Source: a virus (taxonomy: Duplodnaviria; Caudoviricetes). From it: a stretch of DNA of 28,165 nt. The DNA lies in IMG/VR virus record IMGVR_UViG_3300037420_001135, positions 1-28,165 of that record. One strand, 5' to 3'. Each line of letters begins with the position of its first letter. The first letter of the stretch is position 1. The notes under the pieces were generated by a model. That model had not been told where the DNA came from. It saw only the letters and a list, made by a program, of their open reading frames with translations, and did no database searches. Shown here piece by piece: positions 1 to 7,304 of this stretch. The position numbers and the translations under genes were made by a program.

Positions 1-99
1 ACTCAAACCGTTGAACTCGTATCTGTATTCCTTGCCTTCGTGCGTCACGTTCGTATTAACGATGAAAGTCTTTCCGTTTACTTCGACAGTGAATGCCAT
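1..99 (-). CDS. hypothetical early protein, partial (runs off the window)
   Basis: ATG at 99 with GAGGAG SD upstream; open frame MAFTVEVNGKTFIVNTNV... to the window edge. Confidence 0.7.
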   Translation of the reverse strand, partial: MAFTVEVNGKTFIVNTNVTHEGKEYRYEFNGLS

Positions 100-184
100 C
101 TACTGCTCCTCTCCTCCTCGCCGTAAGCCGACTAGCTCTCCCACTCTTCGCGTTTGCACAGACCGTGCTTTAGATCACTCTTTA

Positions 185-213
185 AGTCTCGCATCTTCCC
201 TCGTGCTTGTCAA
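185..213 (-). promoter_or_regulatory. putative sigma70-type early promoter
   Basis: TTGACA at 213-208; only a weak -10 (GAGACT at 17 bp spacing); intergenic. Confidence 0.35.
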
Positions 214-240
214 CTTATTTTCCCTGTTATACGTGAGAAA

Positions 241-269
241 TTGAGATGGAAAGGTTTTTGAGGGAGATG
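241..269 (-). repeat. dispersed bipartite repeat copy 1
   Basis: CATCTCCC-TCAAAAA-CCTTTCCATCTCAA on the minus strand, directly after the stop of 271..516. Confidence 0.9.
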
Positions 270-270
270 A

Positions 271-516
271 TTATCTGCTAGCTAACGCTCCCTGATAAAC
301 CCTCCCATTCACCTCAACCGTGAGCTTATCCGCGATAGCGGCGTCCGCGATCTCCTGGGCGCGATAACTCCCCTCAATCGCCACGCCCTTGCGAATATCC
401 CCTTGCCAGGGTTCGAACGGGACGTGATCGTTGATCCACTGTGCTCCCTCGGCGGTTTTGGCGTGGAGGGTGTAGAGACCGGCTAGGCCGGTGAAGGTGA
501 GGTCTGGGTGGGTCAT
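271..516 (-). CDS. hypothetical protein (81 aa)
   Basis: SD GGAGG upstream; ATGA overlap with the upstream gene. Confidence 0.75.
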   Translation of the reverse strand: MTHPDLTFTGLAGLYTLHAKTAEGAQWINDHVPFEPWQGDIRKGVAIEGSYRAQEIADAAIADKLTVEVNGRVYQGALASR

Positions 517-1289
517 GCTGCTTTATCCTCCCTGTTATCGAGTGATGTTAAGATGCCTTCAACTGCAGCCAATTGTGCCTTCAACTCGACCCGCTTTTCA
601 CTACGCAAGTAGTAATATCGTTCGTGCGCGGGCTTCCACTCCGCTTGCCGATAGCCCCACTCCCCGATCCACTTTGCCGGGTTGCGACCTATCGAGATGC
701 CGTCAGTCCGATTTACCAGAGGTAGGAAGTACTCTTTACCAAGCTTACGGCGAATCGGCTTTTCGTTTCGCCACACTAGGAATGCCGCGCGATCCCCGTC
801 CGTGAACTCGTGGGGTTTCGCGTTCCACGGTCTTTGCCGTAACCACCATATGTTCCGACTGATGTAACGCGAATCATGCTTTTTGATTGCTTCTTTTAAC
901 TGATGTATTTTGCGCTCGCGTGGGTTAGAAAACTTTGGCGTAACACGCTTCTTAGCTTGTTTTTCACGTTCCGCTTCGGTCCACTTGTGTTGTGTCTGAC
1001 AGATAGAGCGGCGGCCATCCTTTGCGAAGGGATAAAACACGCGCCTTGCTTTCACACGATCAGAAACCGCGTAGACGATCAACACGCGAGAGGCGCTAGG
1101 GATTAAAGGTTCCTGAATCGACGCTTCCGTTATACGCAAACCTTTAAGTCCATCGCGTAATAGGTCGCGTTTGACGGGAAACGGCCTCGCGCCAGGGACC
1201 GGCAAGCCCACGATGGGCGCTTTGGCTTTGATGGCTGACTGGATTGCTGAGATGTAGTTCACTGTGATGTCCTTATTCATGTGTGACAT
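513..1289 (-). CDS. hypothetical basic protein (258 aa)
   Basis: Long ORF in the minus-strand operon. Confidence 0.75.
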   Translation of the reverse strand: MSHMNKDITVNYISAIQSAIKAKAPIVGLPVPGARPFPVKRDLLRDGLKGLRITEASIQEPLIPSASRVLIVYAVSDRVKARRVFYPFAKDGRRSICQTQHKWTEAEREKQAKKRVTPKFSNPRERKIHQLKEAIKKHDSRYISRNIWWLRQRPWNAKPHEFTDGDRAAFLVWRNEKPIRRKLGKEYFLPLVNRTDGISIGRNPAKWIGEWGYRQAEWKPAHERYYYLRSEKRVELKAQLAAVEGILTSLDNREDKAA

Positions 1290-1307
1290 TCGTGGCCCGT
1301 GCGGTGG

Positions 1308-1330
1308 CTGAAAGGTTTTTCGGGGAGATG
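1308..1330 (-). repeat. dispersed repeat copy 2 (short form)
   Basis: CATCTCCC-CGAAAAA-CCTTTCAG, after the stop of 1335..1544. Confidence 0.9.
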
Positions 1331-1334
1331 ATGG

Positions 1335-1544
1335 TTAAGATTCGTTCTCCTGATCCTCGCGGTTAAGAATGTCCTCAGAGTCATACGGCGAAACGTGCCG
1401 GAAGCCACACTTTGGGCAGTCGTCATCTGCTTGGCAGCTCCAAGTGTCCGTCCATTTTTCGTGGCAGCGCGGGCATTCGTAATAGTTGATGAAGCAATCT
1501 TCGCCGCTGAAGTCAGGCTCGTATTTTTCGTGTGGCATATTCAT
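1335..1544 (-). CDS. small Zn-ribbon protein (69 aa)
   Basis: CPRC...CPKC pairs; its ATG is the ATG of repeat copy 3 (GGGAGATG). Confidence 0.8.
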   Translation of the reverse strand: MNMPHEKYEPDFSGEDCFINYYECPRCHEKWTDTWSCQADDDCPKCGFRHVSPYDSEDILNREDQENES

Positions 1545-1568
1545 CTCCCATAAAACCTTTCAATCTCA
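1542..1568 (+). repeat. dispersed repeat copy 3
   Basis: CATCTCCC-ATAAAA-CCTTTCAATCTCA. Confidence 0.9.
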
Positions 1569-1706
1569 AATCAGACAGAAACCGCCAAGTTCCCTCACAG
1601 CCCAATGCTGCCCACTCAGGCGCGAACGATAATGATTCACCCTCTGCGATCCCTTCAAAGTGGTGCCGCAGCGGTAGATGTAGAGGGTTGCGAAGAGATT
1701 GGACAT
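1566..1706 (-). CDS. small hypothetical protein (46 aa, below the ORF-track cutoff)
   Basis: AAGGAG SD, then MSNLFATLYIYRCG...; its TGA stop lies inside repeat copy 3. Confidence 0.6.
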   Translation of the reverse strand: MSNLFATLYIYRCGTTLKGSQRVNHYRSRLSGQHWAVRELGGFCLI

Positions 1707-1720
1707 GTGAGTTTGCTCCT

Positions 1721-2011
1721 TTATGCGAGGCTGTACTGTGCTTGCAATTCACCTGTTTTGCTGATGATCGAAACCAAGGCGTCACAGAAAGTGATGGTGT
1801 CGCCGGTCTCGAAGCGTAGCCAGCTCTTTGAGCCGCTTGCCTTTTGCATGATGTAGCCAAACGATTTTTGCTCTAATACCTTGCGATATTGATTGTCGGG
1901 CGACACGCCACCGAGTAAGCACGACACAAGGCGAATCTCTCGTCCTGGGTAGAAAAGCGTTTGCAGTTCTTTGCGGCTCAGCGTCACGGCATCTTGTACT
2001 GTGCTTGTCAT
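1721..2011 (-). CDS. hypothetical protein (96 aa)
   Basis: Purine-rich SD-like sequence upstream; operon context. Confidence 0.7.
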   Translation of the reverse strand: MTSTVQDAVTLSRKELQTLFYPGREIRLVSCLLGGVSPDNQYRKVLEQKSFGYIMQKASGSKSWLRFETGDTITFCDALVSIISKTGELQAQYSLA

Positions 2012-2045
2012 TTATCTTCCCCCTTATTCTCCCTGTTAGATGCAA

Positions 2046-2075
2046 ACATTACGCTCGGGCGTAGCCCGTTGTCAA
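2046..2075 (-). promoter_or_regulatory. putative sigma70-type promoter with palindromic spacer
   Basis: TTGACA at 2075-2070; TAATGT at 18 bp spacing; spacer contains the inverted repeat CGGGC-TAC-GCCCG. Confidence 0.45.
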
Positions 2076-2101
2076 GAGAAAAATGCAGGATAAGGAGGAT
2101 T

Positions 2102-2590
2102 TTAAGAGGGATTTTGTCCAAGTTCGCTAAGTTGTTGAAGGACAAAGGCTAGCGACTTGGGCCGGTTCTCTTTTTGGAGCGGTCGTGTCTCCCAGAAGTC
2201 GAAAATGGCGCGGTAGTTGCGCTTGCGCTCCATGAGATCCACCCACTCGCCGTAAGGCTTGTAATCGCGTTCGTATAGTTCGGGATTATCTTTCCCCCAC
2301 ATCTCATGTTGGTCTTTGAGCCATTGGTGGATATTCTCTGCGCGTTCTTTGCCCCACTTATCCTGTTTGGTCATACCCTGGCGACCGGCTGGGTTCGGAT
2401 TGTTGGCTTTGTCAATCTTGCTCTTTTTCAGGTCAAGCTTAATAGCCTGCACGTTGCGTTCGCGTGCTTCTCGCACAATCACATCCACGATCCAGCCGGA
2501 CATAGATTTTTGATCCATCTCCGCGAGCTGGCGTAGTTGGTTGACGGTTTCGGAAGTGAGATTAAGGGTTAGTTTTTCTTTTTGAGCCAT
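2102..2590 (-). CDS. ribbon-helix-helix (CopG/Arc-like) DNA-binding protein with C-terminal extension
   Basis: N-terminal KLTLNLTSETVNQLRQLAEMDQKSMSGWIVDVI fits the RHH pattern. Confidence 0.75.
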   Translation of the reverse strand: MAQKEKLTLNLTSETVNQLRQLAEMDQKSMSGWIVDVIVREARERNVQAIKLDLKKSKIDKANNPNPAGRQGMTKQDKWGKERAENIHQWLKDQHEMWGKDNPELYERDYKPYGEWVDLMERKRNYRAIFDFWETRPLQKENRPKSLAFVLQQLSELGQNPS

Positions 2591-2594
2591 TTCG

Positions 2595-2670
2595 TTTCGG
2601 TAAAATCTACCGAAGATTTCGGTAGAATTTCGGTATGTTTTCGGTAGATTGTAGGTAGAATCTACCGAAA
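2595..2670. repeat. array of TTTCGGTA(GA) direct and inverted repeats (operator- or iteron-like)
   Basis: Direct copies at 2595, 2617, 2628, 2639; inverted copies at 2606, 2661; a degenerate copy at 2652. Confidence 0.85.
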
Positions 2671-2817
2671 TTGTACGTAAAGCTTAAAGTTATTTTCCTT
2701 GTTTTATGTCTCTAAGTTGTTGATTCCACGTAACACTCCCTCGCTTCTCTTATATATCGTCAATTTTTGTTCTTTTTTCTAGAAAAGAAGAGGGGGTTTA
2801 AGAGAGATTAAGAGACC

Positions 2818-3126
2818 TCAGCGACCTTGCTTTTTGAGCAGGAAACGGTTCATCTCTTCCATGATGGCTATTTGCACCATCGTAGATCGGTCAGATTTGT
2901 ACGCCCGAACCAGGGTGTCTAGGTCTTGGATGGCGAGATATGGGAGTGTGAATGTGTATTGGCCGATGTCTTTAGGATCTTCGGTGCGCCGGTCCTGTTC
3001 CTGTTTAATCAGGTGTGTGATCCAGGCGGATTTGTTTTGCCCGTCGCTTGCGGCCATTTGATCTAGGGCATTGCTGATTTCAGGGGGAATGGTGAATGCA
3101 CGTAATAGTGATTTGTTGGGTTTCAT
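2818..3126 (-). CDS. tandem ribbon-helix-helix protein
   Basis: Two RHH-like units: RAFTIPPEISNALDQMAASDGQNKSAWI and QYTFTLPYLAIQDLDTLVRAYKSDRSTMV. Confidence 0.7.
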   Translation of the reverse strand: MKPNKSLLRAFTIPPEISNALDQMAASDGQNKSAWITHLIKQEQDRRTEDPKDIGQYTFTLPYLAIQDLDTLVRAYKSDRSTMVQIAIMEEMNRFLLKKQGR

Positions 3127-3164
3127 TTATAGAGCCTGCTATATGGAATTTTAGTCCTACATAT

Positions 3165-3198
3165 AGTTAGACTCTCCAAACACCTAATCGACTTCACA
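3165..3198 (-). promoter_or_regulatory. phage promoter motif (ECF-sigma-like)
   Basis: TGTGAAGTC-N17-GTCTAACT. Confidence 0.7.
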
Positions 3199-3235
3199 TA
3201 TCCTCCCTTTTATTTTCACTTGTGCGCGTAAGCGC

Positions 3236-3264
3236 AAAACCCCAGCCGGGGGAGCTGGGGCTTT
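3236..3264 (-). terminator. putative intrinsic terminator
   Basis: GCCCCAGC-loop-GCTGGGGT followed by a short T run on the minus strand. Confidence 0.55.
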
Positions 3265-3266
3265 AA

Positions 3267-3288
3267 TTGAAAGGTTTTATGGGAGATG
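3267..3288 (-). repeat. dispersed repeat copy 4
   Basis: CATCTCCC-ATAAAA-CCTTTCAA, immediately after the TAA of 3289..4017. Confidence 0.9.
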
Positions 3289-4017
3289 TTAAAGCCGCTC
3301 GGTATGCCAGAGCAGTTGATCGTAAGCCTCTGGTCCGATGGTGCGTTTGAGTTGTTCGGCTTGTCGTCGAGTGGCCTTATACATTTTCTCAGCTTTGCGA
3401 CTGTCGGGATCATAGCCAAATTCAGTAGCCCAATTCTCAAAAGCCGTGTCGCTGTAAATGGCTCTTGGATGTTCGTCTGAGGGTTTTGAATTTTCAATGC
3501 TAGCCGCATCAGACGCGAGGCAATCCAACACATCCTCTAGCGTTGGTGCTTTCACATGTGCCGAGCCTTGCGAGAAATACAGGCTCATTGCCTTGCCGTT
3601 GTTTTGGTTGATGATCGAGCAGCGGAAATGCCGCGTCATGCTTGCGCCTAATCCATCGGGACGCTCGTTCACGCGATGCGCGGTAAAGAGTAATCCGTTG
3701 GACTCGGCAAAAGTCTTAATGTTTTGACGTGTGGCTTCGCTGGGATCATCTTTGTCGGCATCCTCCCCGGCGCGATCAGAGTCGCGCCACTCAGATTCGG
3801 CAATTTCCGCGAAATCGGCATCAGCGATCTTGTCACCATCGGGAGTCTTGCCGTTCGGCCATACTGCTTTGGCCAGTTCCTCGATTTTCTCTGCAAGATC
3901 TTCAACGTCTGAGGCGCGACGAATCACAGACTGTAATTCGTGGTAGAGGGGTTCATCGTTGCTAAGCCAGAGTGAAACATTCCAGGTTGCGCGATTTGAC
4001 CATCCGTTATAGCTCAT
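3289..4017 (-). CDS. two-domain acidic phage early protein
   Basis: N-terminal YNGWSNRATWNVSLW and C-terminal FENWATEFGYDPDSRKA motifs, both recalled from phage hypothetical families; SD GGAG. Confidence 0.8.
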   Translation of the reverse strand: MSYNGWSNRATWNVSLWLSNDEPLYHELQSVIRRASDVEDLAEKIEELAKAVWPNGKTPDGDKIADADFAEIAESEWRDSDRAGEDADKDDPSEATRQNIKTFAESNGLLFTAHRVNERPDGLGASMTRHFRCSIINQNNGKAMSLYFSQGSAHVKAPTLEDVLDCLASDAASIENSKPSDEHPRAIYSDTAFENWATEFGYDPDSRKAEKMYKATRRQAEQLKRTIGPEAYDQLLWHTERL

Positions 4018-4100
4018 ATTTGTCTCCGTGTTTAACGAGCTGCCCGCTCGATTTATTGGACCGCCTAAGCGGTGGGTTGTAGTTTACAGCTGGTGGGCTG

Positions 4101-4289
4101 CTAGTTAGTTTCTTCTACGATTTGCGCTGATTCTGAATCAATGAACGCAAACGCGGGATTACCATTCTTGATTTGCGTAAGACGTTGCTGCAAGTTGTTC
4201 CGTTCGCCTTGCGCGTAATCAGTGGTGACGGTTGTTTTCCAGAAGCGATTGCCTGTTTTGTCTGTGATGTAAAGCAGGGAAACTGTCAT
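4101..4289 (-). CDS. hypothetical protein (62 aa)
   Basis: Start directly follows the upstream stop. Confidence 0.65.
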   Translation of the reverse strand: MTVSLLYITDKTGNRFWKTTVTTDYAQGERNNLQQRLTQIKNGNPAFAFIDSESAQIVEETN

Positions 4290-4484
4290 TTATGCACGCC
4301 CCAACTCTGCTAGTCGCGCTGTGATCTCGCCGTTAATCTCTTGTTGTTTGGGGCTACTAGGAAACGCTTTGAGCGCTTTGCCGTACAGCTTCAACAACGT
4401 CACATCCAACCCCTTCGACGCACATCCATCACAAATACGCTCACCGCGTCTCGTGCGCCGTGTTTTGCATTCTTGACATTTCAT
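4290..4484 (-). CDS. small Zn-finger protein (64 aa)
   Basis: CQEC...CDGC; SD GAGG. Confidence 0.7.
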   Translation of the reverse strand: MKCQECKTRRTRRGERICDGCASKGLDVTLLKLYGKALKAFPSSPKQQEINGEITARLAELGRA

Positions 4485-4543
4485 TTCTTTGACCTCATCA
4501 GCGCACGCTTAACGTGCGGACGCCCAAGGGCGTTTCGGTCTGG

Positions 4544-4705
4544 TTAATTACTTGTATCCGCACAGCACGAAAAACTTGTTTCCGCACAATCAGCGCAACG
4601 GCTGAGCTGTACTGGGCACGGCTTGCCGCACTCTTCACAGTCAGCTCGCATGTCACCAATGGCATAAGCCATGATCCGTTCGTGTTGTAGTTCCTGAGGG
4701 TTCAT
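4544..4705 (-). CDS. small Cys-rich protein (53 aa, below the cutoff)
   Basis: GAAAGGA SD; MNPQELQHER...CEEC...CADC. Confidence 0.6.
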   Translation of the reverse strand: MNPQELQHERIMAYAIGDMRADCEECGKPCPVQLSRCADCAETSFSCCADTSN

Positions 4706-4747
4706 TGGCTGTGTCCTTTCATTACCGTTTGCTCACTTACTGAGATA

Positions 4748-4777
4748 CTTATATTCCCCCTTATGTTGCCTTGTCAA
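4748..4777 (-). promoter_or_regulatory. putative sigma70-type early promoter
   Basis: TTGACA-N18-TATAAG at the head of the leftward operon. Confidence 0.55.
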
Positions 4778-4854
4778 CAGAAAAGTTATGCGGATAGTTA
4801 ATTTTCTTTGTTGGGAGACGGGCCAGAGGATCCGCTCAAAAATTGTGTCGCGTG

Positions 4855-5008
4855 TAAGTCCTTTGTTTTCAACAAGATAGCTCTAAATACTAAGTCATTG
4901 ATTCTAAAGGGTTTGGAGAGTACCTTATTGTACCTTCTAAGTCCTTTGTTTTCATCGCTTTCTTTAGAATCAACAAGTTAGCTAAGTCTTTTGTTTTCTG
5001 TAGGTTAC
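4855..5008. repeat. cluster of TAAGTCnTT(T)G(T/A)TT quasi-palindromic repeats in the AT-rich divergence region
   Basis: Copies at 4855, 4891, 4938, 4983 and an inverted copy at about 4961-4980. Confidence 0.8.
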
Positions 5009-5132
5009 GGCTTTCCGCCCGATCAGAACGGCTCAAGATAATGGATTCCTTGGCTCCGACAAAAATTCCAATTTTGAAATATTTGCAAATAGCTAATATC
5101 AAAGGTTTTAGTGTGTATTTTTCCTCTAATTA

Positions 5133-5166
5133 GGTGAAGTCATGCTCCCTTTTACGCTGTCTAATT
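5133..5166 (+). promoter_or_regulatory. phage late promoter motif
   Basis: GGTGAAGTC-N17-GTCTAATT. Confidence 0.75.
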
Positions 5167-5184
5167 AGCAGGAGGGTTAAATCA

Positions 5185-5673
5185 TTGGCACGTAAGTACT
5201 TATTTGGCGCAAAGACGCCGGAACAGCATTTAAAGAAGTGTTTGGAGTTCAAAGAGAGGTGGTCGAACCGAGGCCAGGTGGAATACACGCCGGAGCAAGT
5301 TGAAGAAGGTGTCAGGCGGATCGAAGAAAAGCGGAAGCGTGAAGAGGAAGTGCTGAAGACCGCAGTCGAGAACTACATCGAATATCCGACCAAAGCCTCT
5401 CAACGCTATAGAAACAAGGTCTTTAACCACTACGGCAAATGGTGTCGGTGTTGCGGAATCAAAGATTCTCGTTTTCTCACTATCGACCACGTTTACAACG
5501 ATGGAGCCGAGCACCGTAGAAAAGAGAAAATTAGCTGTTTGGCAAAGTGGATTGTCGATAATCACTATCCATCGGAGCGTTTCCAGATCCTCTGTTGGAA
5601 CTGTAACTTGGGGAAATACCACAACAAGGGTATCTGTCCTCATAAAGCCAAAGAAATAGTTCAGGACAGGTGA
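5185..5673 (+). CDS. HNH endonuclease-like protein
   Basis: CRCC...LTIDHV...ILCWNCN motif. The TTG at 5185 follows GGAGG, whereas the track start at 5134 lies inside the promoter. Confidence 0.8.
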   Translation: MARKYLFGAKTPEQHLKKCLEFKERWSNRGQVEYTPEQVEEGVRRIEEKRKREEEVLKTAVENYIEYPTKASQRYRNKVFNHYGKWCRCCGIKDSRFLTIDHVYNDGAEHRRKEKISCLAKWIVDNHYPSERFQILCWNCNLGKYHNKGICPHKAKEIVQDR

Positions 5674-5702
5674 AGTCGGATCAGTGTTTCAACTGTCTAA
5701 TT
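5669..5702 (+). promoter_or_regulatory. phage late promoter motif
   Basis: GGTGAAGTC-N17-GTCTAATT ending 7 nt before the ATG at 5710 (near-leaderless). Confidence 0.75.
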
Positions 5703-5709
5703 AGAATGA

Positions 5710-6156
5710 ATGGCTCCCCGCAAAGAAGAACCCTACTTCGCCCGCCTCGCCGAACAGATGGTCAGGAACAACCAGACCGTTTGGCAGGCTTCCGTCGAGC
5801 TGGGCTTGGGACTCCGAGACGAAGAAGCTAAGAAACTCTCCCTCAATCCGGCTTTCCAACAAGTCCTCTACCAGCGCCGAAATCAGATTGCGAAGGAGAT
5901 TGCGACCGATCCCCAGCGGGACAAGAACACCACCATCGGGAAGATGGTCATTTGTATGGACCGGCTTATGAACGACGACGCCTGGGAGAAGGCCGCGAAT
6001 GTAGGGATGAATATTTTGAAGGCCGAAGGGCATGTGGGGGCGGAATCAGCCATCAACGTGTTTGCGGGCCTGAGCGCGAAGGACATCGACGCGATGAAGC
6101 GCAAGTTGAAGGGTGAGGGCGAGCAGGCGGTGGATCTCACCCAACTGCCGAATTGA
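5710..6156 (+). CDS. terS: probable terminase small subunit
   Basis: 148 aa, helical with an HTH-like N-terminus, at the start of the late operon upstream of TerL; call is mainly positional. Confidence 0.5.
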   Translation: MAPRKEEPYFARLAEQMVRNNQTVWQASVELGLGLRDEEAKKLSLNPAFQQVLYQRRNQIAKEIATDPQRDKNTTIGKMVICMDRLMNDDAWEKAANVGMNILKAEGHVGAESAINVFAGLSAKDIDAMKRKLKGEGEQAVDLTQLPN

Positions 6157-6180
6157 GATTGAAAGGTTTACAGGGAGATG
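6153..6180 (-). repeat. dispersed repeat copy 5
   Basis: TTGAGATTGAAAGG-TTTACA-GGGAGATG on the plus strand; its TGA is the stop of 5710..6156. Confidence 0.9.
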
Positions 6181-6204
6181 GACTTGTATACCTAGGGTTG
6201 ACAA

Positions 6205-6384
6205 ATGACGAAATTCTTAAACTCCACTTTCTCCAATTATCCAATCGTCAAGTCCTCCTCGCGCCCCGAGGTGCAGGAGTTCGGTGGGCCTGCGGCTGAG
6301 ATCCCCATCGGGGATAGATGCCCTTCCGGTCGTCACAACAAGCGCATCAACAACTGCCTCTGCGAACTATTCGCCGCTGAATAA
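6205..6384 (+). CDS. small hypothetical protein (59 aa, below the cutoff)
   Basis: MTKFLNSTF...CPSGRHNKRINNCLCELFAAE*; fills the gap between repeat copies 5 and 6. Confidence 0.5.
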   Translation: MTKFLNSTFSNYPIVKSSSRPEVQEFGGPAAEIPIGDRCPSGRHNKRINNCLCELFAAE

Positions 6385-6411
6385 CATCTCCCTAAAAACC
6401 TTTCCATCTCA
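6385..6411 (+). repeat. dispersed repeat copy 6
   Basis: CATCTCCC-TAAAAA-CCTTTCCATCTCA, immediately after TAA. Confidence 0.9.
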
Positions 6412-6417
6412 CTTACC

Positions 6418-6573
6418 GTGCCCAAACGCCCTCCCTTCAACCCCCGCCAGAAAGCTGCCCTCACGCGCATGATCGACTCCCGATTGGCAAAGCTGGTGAG
6501 TGAGCTGATTAAGGAAAGACCCCCTGCGATTGGGTTCATCACGCCGATTGAGGAAGATGAGGATGATGAATAA
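6418..6573 (+). CDS. small hypothetical protein (51 aa) with IGF motif and acidic tail
   Basis: GTG start 6 nt after repeat copy 6; ends ...RPPAIGFITPIEEDEDDE*. Confidence 0.5.
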   Translation: MPKRPPFNPRQKAALTRMIDSRLAKLVSELIKERPPAIGFITPIEEDEDDE

Positions 6574-6587
6574 TTTTCCTTGGTAAA

Positions 6588-6621
6588 GGTGAAGTCGATG
6601 ACAGGTTTCAGCAGTCTAATT
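6588..6621 (+). promoter_or_regulatory. phage late promoter motif
   Basis: GGTGAAGTC-N17-GTCTAATT. Confidence 0.75.
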
Positions 6622-6624
6622 AAG

Positions 6625-6925
6625 TAACACACTCATCCACGCCTCTCGAAGAAGCGTATAGCTGGGGAGTATTGGCGCAGCCTACTCATGGCGGAGAGTC
6701 TAAACAGCCAGTTTCCTGTTGTGGCGGAAAGAAAACGATCCACAAATTGAGACGCTAAGGTTTTGCGGCGTAGCTACCGCAGGGCTGAGAAGCATTCGAC
6801 ACGGTAGGCCACCGTGAAAAGCTTCATCCAGAGGTGGAGAATCGGGAGTCCTCTGGCGACGGGAATCAATCTTCTCCTGCTCATTCATACAGCTTCAAAT
6901 CGGCATCATCCAGATGCAGGAGAGA
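6625..6925 (+). ncRNA. candidate structured RNA or long 5' leader
   Basis: About 300 nt without a credible ORF, after a promoter motif; hairpins GAGTA/TACTC, TGCGG/CCGCA, CACGG/CCGTG, CCAGAGG/CCTCTGG, TCTCCTGC/GCAGGAGA. Confidence 0.55.
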
Positions 6926-6931
6926 ATTTAG

Positions 6932-7234
6932 ATGTACAAGCAAGCAGATTATGGGGCGGTTCCGACCAATTTTAGTGGTCTTCAAAATGCCATCGTCCCT
7001 AAACAAGAAACTATCGAAGCCCTCATTAGTGAGTTGTTCGGTGTTGCAAATTCGGTCGAGAACACTGCACGATTGGTGGCTGAAAACGTGCAAGGAATTG
7101 AGCCGGAGCCTGCATGTACTCAATCAGGACAGGCGATTCCTACAGTGATTGAACGTCTTCGTTCACTTCGTTCAATTCTCTACTCCGCTGATCGTCATCT
7201 CGGTCGTAGCAAAGTCGCACTCGGAATTCAATAG
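6932..7234 (+). CDS. hypothetical helical protein (100 aa)
   Basis: AGGAG SD; coiled-coil-like composition. Confidence 0.7.
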   Translation: MYKQADYGAVPTNFSGLQNAIVPKQETIEALISELFGVANSVENTARLVAENVQGIEPEPACTQSGQAIPTVIERLRSLRSILYSADRHLGRSKVALGIQ

Positions 7235-7257
7235 AAAGGGAGGCTAGACCTCCTTTT
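7235..7257 (+). terminator. small hairpin with T run
   Basis: GGAGG-CTAGA-CCTCC-TTTT. Confidence 0.35.
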
Positions 7258-7284
7258 CATCTCCCTCAAAACCTTTCAATCTCA
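7258..7284 (+). repeat. dispersed repeat copy 7
   Basis: CATCTCCC-TCAAAA-CCTTTCAATCTCA upstream of terL. Confidence 0.9.
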
Positions 7285-7304
7285 ACAACTCACCCACTCC
7301 TCCC

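Noticed and set aside
4890-5102. 70-aa minus-strand ORF
   Set aside because: It translates the AT-rich repeat cluster (repeated KTKDL) and is likely spurious.
6670-6705. Additional late promoter at GTCTAA (about 6698)
   Set aside because: There is no GAAGTC box 17 bp upstream.
6781-6890. tmRNA or tRNA gene
   Set aside because: The GGGCTGA...ATTCGAC resemblance lacks a canonical T-loop, CCA end or tag reading frame.
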